From positions 544,001-608,000 of the forward strand of contig OY729426.1 in assembly GCA_963422365.1 (NCBI GenBank): DNA of 64,000 bases. The letters run 5' to 3'. A program made the position numbers and the translations under genes. Each line of letters begins with the position of its first letter. The stretch's first letter is position 1. Below, in pieces: positions 41,448 to 50,577 of the stretch. The notes beneath the pieces are model-generated. The model searched no databases and was not told where the DNA came from. It worked only from the letters and a program-made list of their open reading frames with translations. This DNA comes from Nitrospirales bacterium (GTDB lineage Bacteria > Nitrospirota > Nitrospiria > Nitrospirales > UBA8639).

Positions 41448-41471
41448 GGCGCCATGAGATGGCGCAGCCAC
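41448..41471. repeat. REP-like palindrome (copy 2; partner at 19624-19647)
   Basis: GGCGCCATGAGATGGCGCAGCCAC, 7-bp stem, between convergent genes. Confidence 0.6.
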
Positions 41472-41499
41472 AAAAGAGACGGGGTAGAGGGCACCATCC

Positions 41500-42087
41500 C
41501 TAAAATTCCACCTTAGGCGTGGCTCTGGCTTCTTCTGATATTTCGAAATATTCGGCTTGTCCGACTCCAGCCAGACTTGCATAGAACCTCCCCAGCAATT
41601 TCCGGATAAAGGTATTCAGGATCCGAACACGATCGTTATACCTTTTTCGTTCAACTGCCAATCGATTCTCCGTCCCTTCCAGTTGGTCTTGGAGCTTTAA
41701 AAACGACTGATTGGATTTGAGTTGGGGATAGGCTTCCCGCAAGACCAACAGCCGCGACAGCGCCGACTCGAACCCGCTCGCCGCTCGGGCTTTCTCATTG
41801 ACTGATTGCGCCTGAAAATAGGCTTTGCGTGCTTCTGCGACTCCCAAATAAATCTTTTCTTCCTGGCTCGCCACACCTTTGACGGTATTGACCAAATTGG
41901 GGATTAATTCAAACCGTCGCTGCAACTGATTTTCGACCTGTGCCCATTGGCTTTTCACCGCTTCATCCATCTCAATGGCTTGGTTATATCCGGAATAGAC
42001 ACAGCCACCAAGCATCACGATCAGGATGAGCAACCCGCCGAAGACCATGAATAATATACGTCCAGCACCCATGATTTTTTCCTCCAT
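41500..42087 (-). CDS. lemA: LemA family protein
   Basis: WAQVENQLQRR.ELIPNLV, YPQLKSN, LEGTENRLAVERKRYN. Confidence 0.95.
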   Translation of the reverse strand: MEEKIMGAGRILFMVFGGLLILIVMLGGCVYSGYNQAIEMDEAVKSQWAQVENQLQRRFELIPNLVNTVKGVASQEEKIYLGVAEARKAYFQAQSVNEKARAASGFESALSRLLVLREAYPQLKSNQSFLKLQDQLEGTENRLAVERKRYNDRVRILNTFIRKLLGRFYASLAGVGQAEYFEISEEARATPKVEF

Positions 42088-42174
42088 GAACTAATTTTGT
42101 ACGATGCCGAACCACGCTAGAGGAGTGACCGGCCTATCAGGAGAGAGCCGTGTTCGTTTCATGAACAAGCCTCG

Positions 42175-42987
42175 CTACCAGCCCGCACCGCCCCCGCCCC
42201 CGCCAAAGCCTCCACCCCCACCGAACGATCCGCCAAAACCGCCCCCGAATCCACCGCCAAAACCGCCGCTTGATCCGCCCCAAGCGCTTCTCCCTGTTAG
42301 GCCACCCAAGGCACTGCCGAGCAACATACCTCCGACTAATCCTCCGCCACCCCAAGTGGAACGATACCGGCGCCGGCGGCGCATGCTGGAAAACAACATG
42401 AAAAGAAAAAATAACGGGATGAGCAACGATCCCAGAACTGAGCCACCTCCACCACCTCGGCTCGGCCGATACCGATGTTGGGGAATCCCTGTGAGCTTGA
42501 CCTGTTGGGAATCCGCGACTTGATTGGCCGTCACGACCGCCAATCGGAAGAGACCCTTGGAATAGTGGGACTGTTTAAAAAATCGGGAGGCGACCGCACG
42601 GGAAGCCGAGCCTACCCATGAATCGGGCAGCACGCCCTCCAATCCATACCCCGTATGGATTCGTACCTTTCGTTCTTTGAGGGCCAACGCGATCAAGGCG
42701 CCGTTGTCTTTACCTTTTTGGCCAAGTTTCCATGCTTCGGCATGCCGCTGGACAAAACTAAAAAATGGTTCGCCTTGGGTCGACTGCACAGTCAGCACTT
42801 TCACCTGCGCCGTGGTTTTCCGTTCGAGTTCACGAAGCCAGCCCTCTAACTGCTGCTCGGCACCACGGTCAATGATTCCGGCGCCGTCCACGACATAGGT
42901 ACCGGGGTCCTGAACAGACACCTCGCCCCAACTCAAAGCGGACAAGAGCAGCAGGACAACTATGGCGAACGCGGATTTCTTACCCAT
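42175..42987 (-). CDS. TPM-domain (YgcG-like) protein with Gly-rich tail
   Basis: WKLGQKGKDNGALI, GYGLEGVLPD, GGGGGFGGGGGGAGW. Confidence 0.93.
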   Translation of the reverse strand: MGKKSAFAIVVLLLLSALSWGEVSVQDPGTYVVDGAGIIDRGAEQQLEGWLRELERKTTAQVKVLTVQSTQGEPFFSFVQRHAEAWKLGQKGKDNGALIALALKERKVRIHTGYGLEGVLPDSWVGSASRAVASRFFKQSHYSKGLFRLAVVTANQVADSQQVKLTGIPQHRYRPSRGGGGGSVLGSLLIPLFFLFMLFSSMRRRRRYRSTWGGGGLVGGMLLGSALGGLTGRSAWGGSSGGFGGGFGGGFGGSFGGGGGFGGGGGGAGW

Positions 42988-42992
42988 GGTCG

Positions 42993-43718
42993 TTACCAAC
43001 GATCAGCCACGGTTTTTAATCCATCGATTTCATCATAAAGCCGTGTAAAATCGTTCCAGTCATGCTGGTGGGTTTCTTGTAGCGCCCCGCGAATTCCAGG
43101 AAGGGATCGATCTGTTTCTTGTTCAATCCGGCCTACTATTTCAAACGCCGAGAGAGAGTCGTATTGTCCATGAAGCCACAGTAACCCACGAAGGGTGCGG
43201 ATCAACCGCTCGGCAATATCGCCTTCCATGGCCCCAAAGAGTTTTTCACGACCTGCGGCCGCAAGGAGTCCTTGACGCATGCCGATCAAGATGGTTTTCA
43301 ACTCACGCTCACATTGAAGCCGAATATGCTGTTCCTCAAACGCGATATCCGCAAAATAGTCGGTACCGACGAAACACAAGTGGCATTGCTGAATTTCTAA
43401 AAACTCCAAAGGGAAGGTATCCAAGGATCCCGTAATGTAGAGGGGTGTCATGATCAGAGGAGCAGCAATTTTGGCTTTTCCAAGTTTGACCCCGTCTTGA
43501 GCCAGCTTCCGGAGCATTGCCAAATCAATCGTTTCCAAAACAAGGACGCTGCGTGCGGTATGCCACGCCGGATCAAAGCCGGACGTAGCAATAGCACCCA
43601 CACCAATAAGAGCCAAACAATTTGCCCCGTCGAGCGTTTGAATTCGATCAATAAACCTCTTCATCGGCTCCTGCATTCCACTGACGACTCGTTCGAGATT
43701 CATCACGGATTGGGTCAT
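42993..43718 (-). CDS. Hypothetical protein, degenerate nucleotidyltransferase-like fold, in lemA/TPM operon
   Basis: GGAG RBS; SLDTFPLEFLEI, RLQCERELK; GS and DxD-type motif positions altered. Confidence 0.65.
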   Translation of the reverse strand: MTQSVMNLERVVSGMQEPMKRFIDRIQTLDGANCLALIGVGAIATSGFDPAWHTARSVLVLETIDLAMLRKLAQDGVKLGKAKIAAPLIMTPLYITGSLDTFPLEFLEIQQCHLCFVGTDYFADIAFEEQHIRLQCERELKTILIGMRQGLLAAAGREKLFGAMEGDIAERLIRTLRGLLWLHGQYDSLSAFEIVGRIEQETDRSLPGIRGALQETHQHDWNDFTRLYDEIDGLKTVADRW

Positions 43719-44127
43719 AGGAGTGACTCCTGGATCAAAGTTTCCTTTGGGGAACGGGCAAGGAAAAGAGAGCAAGTTCGAATATGTTTGTCCCACTACG
43801 TTACGTCGTATCAGGCTAACGCACAAGGCTAAACCTTGCAAGAGAGAAAACCGAGGAGGTGGGCGACGTGGTGGTCGTCACATGAGCGAGCCGCCTCATC
43901 CTACACTAGGCCACTTGTCAATGGCGCGTGGTTGTCAACGAGGTTTTGTCAGACGTGATCGTACCACGCCTTCTTCAGGAAAGGCCGCATAAGATGCAGC
44001 CCTACAAGATTCGTGGCTGCGCTCAGAATGTCAGAGGATGCAGCTTTCTTGCATATCTTCCAGATTTTTCGTAGAATATGGAATATCGTTTTTCAATCCC
44101 ATATCTTCCCCATTCGTGAAGAGAAAC

Positions 44128-44511
44128 ATGATGGCGACTGTCGGACAACTGATGACCAGCGATCTGAGCGTCATTACTGAGGACGCAACGGTCAAGCAAG
44201 CTGCAGGACAGATGCATGGCCAACGCATTGGGTCGTTATTGGTACAAAAAGGGGAAGATTTTTCCGGAATTATTACAGAGACCGATGTCGTCCGGGCCGT
44301 TGCCGAACAAGATGATGTGGCGGGGACATCCGTGGTTCACGTCATGTCCAGCCCCATTCTGACCGTTGAGAAAAAGCTTTCGCCTCACTATGCGAGAGAA
44401 CTCATGGCTGACAAACGTATTCGTCACTTGGCAGTGACCGAGGAGGGGAAGATCGTCGGCATCATTTCAGCGCGTGATCTCTTAGCCTATTTTAAAACCG
44501 TGTCCAAATAA
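44128..44511 (+). CDS. CBS-domain protein
   Basis: IGSLLV, GIITETD, IRHLAV, VGIISARD. Confidence 0.92.
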   Translation: MMATVGQLMTSDLSVITEDATVKQAAGQMHGQRIGSLLVQKGEDFSGIITETDVVRAVAEQDDVAGTSVVHVMSSPILTVEKKLSPHYARELMADKRIRHLAVTEEGKIVGIISARDLLAYFKTVSK

Positions 44512-44539
44512 ATTTCGTAATCCTCGACCCGTCCTGTTT

Positions 44540-45421
44540 CTACGCCACATTGAGTTTCTCCAACACCGATCTCGTGGAAACTAAATTGCGATTCAAGCCG
44601 AGCGCCTTTGGCTCCATGCCCATCGCCAACCCCAGAAACTGCGGCAAATGCAAAATCGGCAGATCGATTTTTCTGCGATCGTGTTTCGCGGCCTTGGATT
44701 GAAGACCGTCAAGATTCAAATGGCACAAGGGGCAGGGAGTCACCATCACATCGGCGCCATGCTCTTTTGCATCGGACGTATGATGGGCAATCATCTTCAG
44801 GGAGCCTGGTTCGTTAATGGTGAGAAGCGGCATCCCGCAACATCTGGTCTTGCCGGGGAAATCCACTACCTCGGCGCCCAGCAAGGCCATTACCGTCTCT
44901 AAAGATTGTACCCGTGCCGGCTGTTCGTCAAATCCCAGCGCTGCACTGGGCCGTTGGAGGTAGCATCCATAAAACGGGGCCGCTCGTAATCCCGTCAACG
45001 GCCTCTTCACGGCCTGCCGAATCTTTTGCTCCCCAATATCTTCCAAGAGAATCCACACGAAATGTTTCACCGTTGTGGTGCCGTGGTAGGTAAGCCCCTC
45101 TTCAGCCAAGACCTGGTTGATTTCGTTCAAATACCCGGGATTCGTCGTAAGCCGATGATTCGCCTGACTCATCACCCCTTGACACGTACTACAGATCGTC
45201 ACGATGGGGAGCCCTTGCTGTTCGGCAAGGGCCAAGGTATGGGCATTCAAGATATCCCCCAAGCGCAAATTTTTCTCCTGCAACACCCCCGCGCCCGTAC
45301 ACGACGCCGTGGTCATTTCCTCCAGGTCGATCCCTAATTGAGGATAGACCTGCTTCACGGATTGATAGAGTTCGGGGCAGCCGCCCTTTGAAACGCACCC
45401 GGGGAAAAAGGCGTATTTCAT
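44540..45421 (-). CDS. sdhE: CCG-domain (HdrB-like) succinate dehydrogenase/fumarate reductase subunit
   Basis: FFPGC, SCTGAG, CSTC, FYGC, CCG, TPCPLCH; follows sdhB. Confidence 0.85.
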   Translation of the reverse strand: MKYAFFPGCVSKGGCPELYQSVKQVYPQLGIDLEEMTTASCTGAGVLQEKNLRLGDILNAHTLALAEQQGLPIVTICSTCQGVMSQANHRLTTNPGYLNEINQVLAEEGLTYHGTTTVKHFVWILLEDIGEQKIRQAVKRPLTGLRAAPFYGCYLQRPSAALGFDEQPARVQSLETVMALLGAEVVDFPGKTRCCGMPLLTINEPGSLKMIAHHTSDAKEHGADVMVTPCPLCHLNLDGLQSKAAKHDRRKIDLPILHLPQFLGLAMGMEPKALGLNRNLVSTRSVLEKLNVA

Positions 45422-46377
45422 CGCATCTCCTTGGCTCGTTGAAACAATCGACGGATTCGATCAATACCCGGTATCGCCCGATGCAAGGGACCGGATTTGG
45501 GAAGTTTACCTCGGACCAATGCACGAAGGATCATCGGCAGAAAGGAGAACATGCGGCTGAGATTAGCGAGCCCGAACGTTCGAACGGCTAACATCGGTTC
45601 ATCCAATCGCCCTTTGTGTTCGATAAGATCCGCAAAGGCTTCGGTATGCCGCGAGCCACAGGTAGACGGCACGCCCTGTTCGATCCCTGCGGCACGAAGC
45701 GTCATAATGCGATCCATGGCCCCCACCTCTTTGGGACACACTTCAAGACATTCCATACACCGCGTACAATCCCACATGCCGTCTGGGGTATTGAGTTCCC
45801 TCAACCTTGACGCACTGGTCCCATCTCTCGGGTCCGCCACAAATCGATAGGCTTTGGCCAATGCCGCCGGGCCGACAAAATTTGCATTTACTTCCAAGGC
45901 CGCACAGTCAGACACGCAAGCCCCGCACATGATGCAGCCCATGACGCCCGTCAAATGATTCATGGCTTCCGGCGGCGCGAGATATTCGCCTTCCGGTTCA
46001 GGGCCCGTCGGCTGGAGCCAGGGCTGAATCTGGCGGATCTTCTCCCAAAACCCAGCCATGTCCGTAACTAAGTCCTTAATCACCGGCATATTGTTCATGG
46101 GTTCCACGTGGACGGTCTCCCCCGACGATGCCAGGGACGCCACTTTGGTTTTGCACGCCAAGGTGGCATGACCATTGATGCGCATCCCACAGGACCCACA
46201 GATGGCTCCTCGACACGAACAGCGCAAGGTGAGCGATTCATCCATGGTCTCCCGGATTTTGATCAACACGTCGAGGACCGTATCTGATCGCTCCGTCTCT
46301 ACTTGGTAGTCTTCGAAAGAGGGTTGGGGCGATTCCGATTCCGGATTAAACCGGCGAATGCGAAATGTGGTCAGCAT
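45418..46377 (-). CDS. sdhB: Succinate dehydrogenase/fumarate reductase Fe-S subunit
   Basis: SCRGAICGSC, CIMCGACVSDC, CTRCMECLEVCP. Confidence 0.95.
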   Translation of the reverse strand: MLTTFRIRRFNPESESPQPSFEDYQVETERSDTVLDVLIKIRETMDESLTLRCSCRGAICGSCGMRINGHATLACKTKVASLASSGETVHVEPMNNMPVIKDLVTDMAGFWEKIRQIQPWLQPTGPEPEGEYLAPPEAMNHLTGVMGCIMCGACVSDCAALEVNANFVGPAALAKAYRFVADPRDGTSASRLRELNTPDGMWDCTRCMECLEVCPKEVGAMDRIMTLRAAGIEQGVPSTCGSRHTEAFADLIEHKGRLDEPMLAVRTFGLANLSRMFSFLPMILRALVRGKLPKSGPLHRAIPGIDRIRRLFQRAKEMR

Positions 46378-46492
46378 GGAGTCAGTCAAACCCTTCTCAA
46401 GGTACAGCGCAAGATACTCACGTGCCAGGATGACATCGGCCCGTTCAAATCGGGGAGTCGACCATGCCCGGATGTGGCAAGCGCCCTCGGCA

Positions 46493-48208
46493 TCAATACA
46501 CTCGAACTTGCGGTTCCCATTGGGTTATCCGAACGGGGAGAAAGTCTCGTTGAGGCAACCCGTCGGGACGATGATAAATCAGAATATGTTTTAACCAATG
46601 TTGATCGTCACGATGAAGGCAATCCGTTCGAAAATGCGCGCCACGACTTTCTTTTCGCGTCAGAGCGCCCAGCGCAATGGTTTCGGCGCAATCCAGCATA
46701 AAGTCGAGTTCCAACGCACGAACGAGGCTCGTATTAAACACGTGTCCCTTATCATGAATGGCCACACGATTCCATCGCTCTCGAAGACCATTGACGTTCT
46801 GTTGAGCAAGGACCATCCCTTCTTGATCACGAAACACGCCAAAGCCCTCCGTCATGGCGACCCCCATCTCGTGACGGATACGGGCGACGGTATCGTCGGT
46901 CGTGGACCGAGCCAAGATTTTTTGTATGCTGTTTTCCTCATGTTTCACTACGCTGTCACCAAGACGGGGTTGAGGAAGGGTTTTCGCATACTCCCCTGCA
47001 CAACGGCCTGCCCGACGACCAAACACCACGGTATCCAACAAGGAATTCGCTCCGAGGCGATTGCCACCATGCAGACTCAGACACGCGGCTTCTCCGGCCG
47101 CAAACAGGCCTGGAACGCCTTGCCATCTGCCTTCAAGGTCCCAGCAGCGTCCCTCGACATCCGTCTTCACCCCGCCCATCATATAGTGCATGCCCGGGCA
47201 CACGGGAATCGGCTCTTCGGTTAAATCGATATTGGCAAACGACTTCGCCTCCTCAAAAATTTGGCTGAGGCGCTCATGGATGAGTCCTTTGCCTAAATGC
47301 CGACAATCAAGCAATACACAGCCATTGAGGCCGCGACCTTCATTAATCTCAATTTGCTCGGCGCGAGACACCACATCCCGTGAGGCTAACTCCATCATGT
47401 TCGGAGCATACTGCTCCATGAAACGCTTCCCCTCACGATTGAGCAAATAGGCACCTTCTCCTCGAGCAGCCTCACTCAGGAGCAATCCTTTCCCTTGTAA
47501 GGTCGTGGGATGATACTGCACCATCTCCATATCCATCAGCGGAGCTCCGCTCCGATAAGCAATCGCGATGCCATCGCCGGTACAAATCAGCGCATTGGTA
47601 CTTGGCTCAAAAACGCGCCCTAAGCCACCGGCGGCAATAATCACCGCCTTGGCCTTGAACAACGCAACGTGCCCTGTTCGCATTTCAAAGGCCACAACCC
47701 CTCCGCATTGCCCATTCGCATCCTTGACCAACGACAGCACAAACCATTCCTCAAACACCGGAAGGCGTGCCTTCATAATCTGCTCATACAAGACATGCAA
47801 CAGAGCCTGTCCTGTACAGTCAGAGACGAAAAAGGTGCGGGCGCGTTTCTGACCGCCGAAACGACGAGTGCCCAACCGCCCGGCTTCGTTCCGGTTAAAG
47901 ATCACACCCATGTGTTCCAAGGCCAGAATGTCCTGTCCGGCTTCTTGTGCCAAAATTTCCACGGCATCCTGATCGCTTAAATAATCGCTGCCTTTGACCG
48001 TCTCAAAGGCATGCTCTTCCCACTTGTCTCCACGGTCGGTCAAGGCAGCATTAATTCCGCCCTGCGCGGCATTGGAATGGCTCCGAACAGGATGGACTTT
48101 GGTGATGATCGCGACGGTACTCCCGGTCTCATGTGCGGCCAACGCTGATCGCAGACCCGCCAACCCTGCACCTATCACGAGAACATCAAATTCGTAAGAA
48201 GTCGTCAT
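46493..48208 (-). CDS. sdhA: Succinate dehydrogenase/fumarate reductase flavoprotein
   Basis: GAGLAG, RSHSNAAQGG (FAD His), QYHPT, HYMMGG, HGGNRLGANSL, ESRGAH. Confidence 0.96.
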   Translation of the reverse strand: MTTSYEFDVLVIGAGLAGLRSALAAHETGSTVAIITKVHPVRSHSNAAQGGINAALTDRGDKWEEHAFETVKGSDYLSDQDAVEILAQEAGQDILALEHMGVIFNRNEAGRLGTRRFGGQKRARTFFVSDCTGQALLHVLYEQIMKARLPVFEEWFVLSLVKDANGQCGGVVAFEMRTGHVALFKAKAVIIAAGGLGRVFEPSTNALICTGDGIAIAYRSGAPLMDMEMVQYHPTTLQGKGLLLSEAARGEGAYLLNREGKRFMEQYAPNMMELASRDVVSRAEQIEINEGRGLNGCVLLDCRHLGKGLIHERLSQIFEEAKSFANIDLTEEPIPVCPGMHYMMGGVKTDVEGRCWDLEGRWQGVPGLFAAGEAACLSLHGGNRLGANSLLDTVVFGRRAGRCAGEYAKTLPQPRLGDSVVKHEENSIQKILARSTTDDTVARIRHEMGVAMTEGFGVFRDQEGMVLAQQNVNGLRERWNRVAIHDKGHVFNTSLVRALELDFMLDCAETIALGALTRKESRGAHFRTDCLHRDDQHWLKHILIYHRPDGLPQRDFLPVRITQWEPQVRVY

Positions 48209-48302
48209 GTTTCAAAGAAGTCGCTGAACAAACCCTTGCTGATCCATTCTAGCACAGGTCTCAATTCTCCCTGGAAAAAAAGAGGCTTCCCATGGTCGTT
48301 CT

Positions 48303-48828
48303 TGTATGTGTTCACGTATTCGTTGACAAGATTCGTTCATGTGTTGGGGACGTTTCGCGCGCTTGGTGCGGTCTGACCTTATTGGAGTAGAGCAACTATT
48401 GCTCCAATTCGTCCTGAAACTCTGCCAGGGTGGCAACCATGGTATCGTCGATCAGATCCTCGTGCAAGGTGTGCCAGAACCGTTCCACCTTGCCGTTGAT
48501 CTAGGGCCGGTAGGGTCTACCGATGCTTTTCATCCCCAACTCCAGTCGCATGCGTGGAAACGGATGCGTGGCTTTCGTGCACAGGGTCGCGTACTCGGCC
48601 CCCTTGTCGCTTAAGACCTCTGCAAACTGAATCTGGTATTTCCGGTGCAACAGAGTGAAGCTTTTCAAAGCACTGAACATCACGGTCAGACTCTTCAGAT
48701 CACTTACCACTTCCGCCCAGTCGAGGCGGGTCCAGGAGTCGGTCACGCACCCCAGATCATAGCGGGTGGGATCGGAGGTAATCAGAGCCCGACTCAAATG
48801 ACAGCCGGTAGTCAAGAAAAGCCGAGCT
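48303..48828 (-). mobile_element. IS481-family transposase remnant with right terminal repeat
   Basis: LSDKGAEY, PYRP*INGKVERFW, LLYSNKVRPHQA with in-frame stops; end TGTATGTGTTCACGTATTCGTTGACA (48303-48328). Confidence 0.8.
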
Positions 48829-48848
48829 TTCGCTTCGCTCAGGATGAC
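48829..48848. repeat. TTCGCTTCGCTCAGGATGAC REP-like half element
   Basis: Related degenerate copies near 44007-44033 and 60571-60603. Confidence 0.55.
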
Positions 48849-48871
48849 CACGGACCTAGGGGTCAAGCCCT

Positions 48872-49507
48872 TCAGAAGCCTGCCAAGTCTATTGAACGGG
48901 CGACAAGAGCGCCGGCTTCTTGCATGGCCTCCAGTGCTCGATCGCCATCTCCAGGTTCCATGTTGATCCCACGAACTCCATCACTCAGGACAACGACTCG
49001 AAATCCCAGTCGGCATGCATCCAAGACGGTTTGCTTCACGCAATAGTCAGTGGCAAGCCCGATCACGTACACGGTTTGTACCCCTAAGTCTTCAAGACGC
49101 TCGTCCAGCGTCGTCCCATCAAAACCGGAATAGGCTTCTTTTTTCGGGTTGGTCGCCCCGGACACGATCAACGTTCCAGGCGGCATTTTCAAATCCGGAT
49201 GGAATTGTGCCCCTAAGGACCCTTGCACACAATGCACTGGCCACGGACCTCCCTGTTCCTGAAATGAACAGTGATTAGGTGGGTGCCAATCCCGCGTGGC
49301 GACAATGCCATAGCCCTGCTCGGCAAACACGCCAATCCATTCATTGGCAACGGGAATGACGTGATGCCCTTCCGGCACCGGCAAGGCTCCCTCCGGACAA
49401 AAGTCGTTCTGCAGCTGAACCAACAGCAGCACGGTCTTTTGATCCGGTGGAGGAACGGCTGCACGATTCTTCTTCTCCATGCCGGTTTGCGATTTCGTGA
49501 GTTTCAT
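48872..49507 (-). CDS. pncA: Nicotinamidase/pyrazinamidase-like isochorismatase-family protein (atypical active site)
   Basis: QNDFC, TRDWHP..HCSF, WPVHC, AYSGF, GLATDYCV. Confidence 0.85.
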   Translation of the reverse strand: MKLTKSQTGMEKKNRAAVPPPDQKTVLLLVQLQNDFCPEGALPVPEGHHVIPVANEWIGVFAEQGYGIVATRDWHPPNHCSFQEQGGPWPVHCVQGSLGAQFHPDLKMPPGTLIVSGATNPKKEAYSGFDGTTLDERLEDLGVQTVYVIGLATDYCVKQTVLDACRLGFRVVVLSDGVRGINMEPGDGDRALEAMQEAGALVARSIDLAGF

Positions 49508-49604
49508 AGGGTCAACGGGATGGTGCTGCGTATGGTGTCGCCTTCGCAGACATTGCGCATTCGCCTCGCTCCCTCACCCCATGGCGTTTGCTCCGTTCCG
49601 GCAT

Positions 49605-50498
49605 TCACGACACAATCTCCGTACCGATTCCTTTGTCCGTGAAAATCTCAAGTAAAATGGCATGCTCGACCCGGCCATCAATAATATGGGACTTTTGCAC
49701 GCCGGCTTCGAGCCCGAGTAAGCAGGCACGCACTTTGGGCAGCATGCCTTCACTGATCGTGCCTTTTTTTACCATTCGTTCGACATCGTTTCTGGATAAG
49801 GTGGACACGTGCCGATTGTTGGCACTACGAATGCCTCGCACATCGGTGAGCATCAACAGTTTTTCCGCTTGCAAGGCCCCGGCCACGGCCCCGGCCACGA
49901 GGTCTGCATTAATATTATGCGGTTTCCCTTTGCGATCGACGCCGATGGGAGCGATGACCGGAATCAAATTTTCTTGCTGCAATTTCGTGATAAGCTGCGG
50001 TTCGATTGTCTCGACCTCCCCCACAAGGCCATATTCCTCCTCTGTCTGATTATGGGCATCATGGCTTAACCCTTGTAACCAGCCTTTCGAGGAAAACGGT
50101 TTGCACACAATGAACTGCGCATCCTTTCCGGTTATCCCGACGGCTTTCCCTCCATGTTGATTGAGTAACGTCACGATTTCTTTATTGATCTTTCCCCCCA
50201 AGACCATTTCAACCACGTCCATGGTCGCTTGATCCGTGACCCGAACGCCTCGTTTAAAGGTCGGCTTCATGCCCAACCGAGCAAGCATTTGATCGATTTG
50301 CGGTCCGCCCCCATGAACGATCACGGGATTGAGCCCGACATATTTCATCAACACGACGTCTTCGGCAAAGCCATCTTTCAGTTCATCCTGAATCATGGCC
50401 TTCCCACCGTATTTGATGACGATGGTCTTGCCCGCAAACGTCCGAATGTAGGGCAACGCCTCGACGAGGACATCGGCTTTCTTAATCAAGTTTTCCAC
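49605..50498 (-). CDS. argB: Acetylglutamate kinase
   Basis: VIKYGG, VHGGGPQI, RVTD, NINAD, GMLPKV. Confidence 0.96.
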   Translation of the reverse strand: MENLIKKADVLVEALPYIRTFAGKTIVIKYGGKAMIQDELKDGFAEDVVLMKYVGLNPVIVHGGGPQIDQMLARLGMKPTFKRGVRVTDQATMDVVEMVLGGKINKEIVTLLNQHGGKAVGITGKDAQFIVCKPFSSKGWLQGLSHDAHNQTEEEYGLVGEVETIEPQLITKLQQENLIPVIAPIGVDRKGKPHNINADLVAGAVAGALQAEKLLMLTDVRGIRSANNRHVSTLSRNDVERMVKKGTISEGMLPKVRACLLGLEAGVQKSHIIDGRVEHAILLEIFTDKGIGTEIVS

Positions 50499-50577
50499 AG
50501 TTGGTCTCGGAGTGCATGCTTCGCCTTACGTCAGTCGTTCTCTCCCGCTCCATAGCCACCAGATGTGACCGACGTTT

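Noticed and set aside
42104..42523. Pro-rich ORF / tandem repeat
   Set aside because: Antisense shadow of the Gly-rich tail of the TPM protein.
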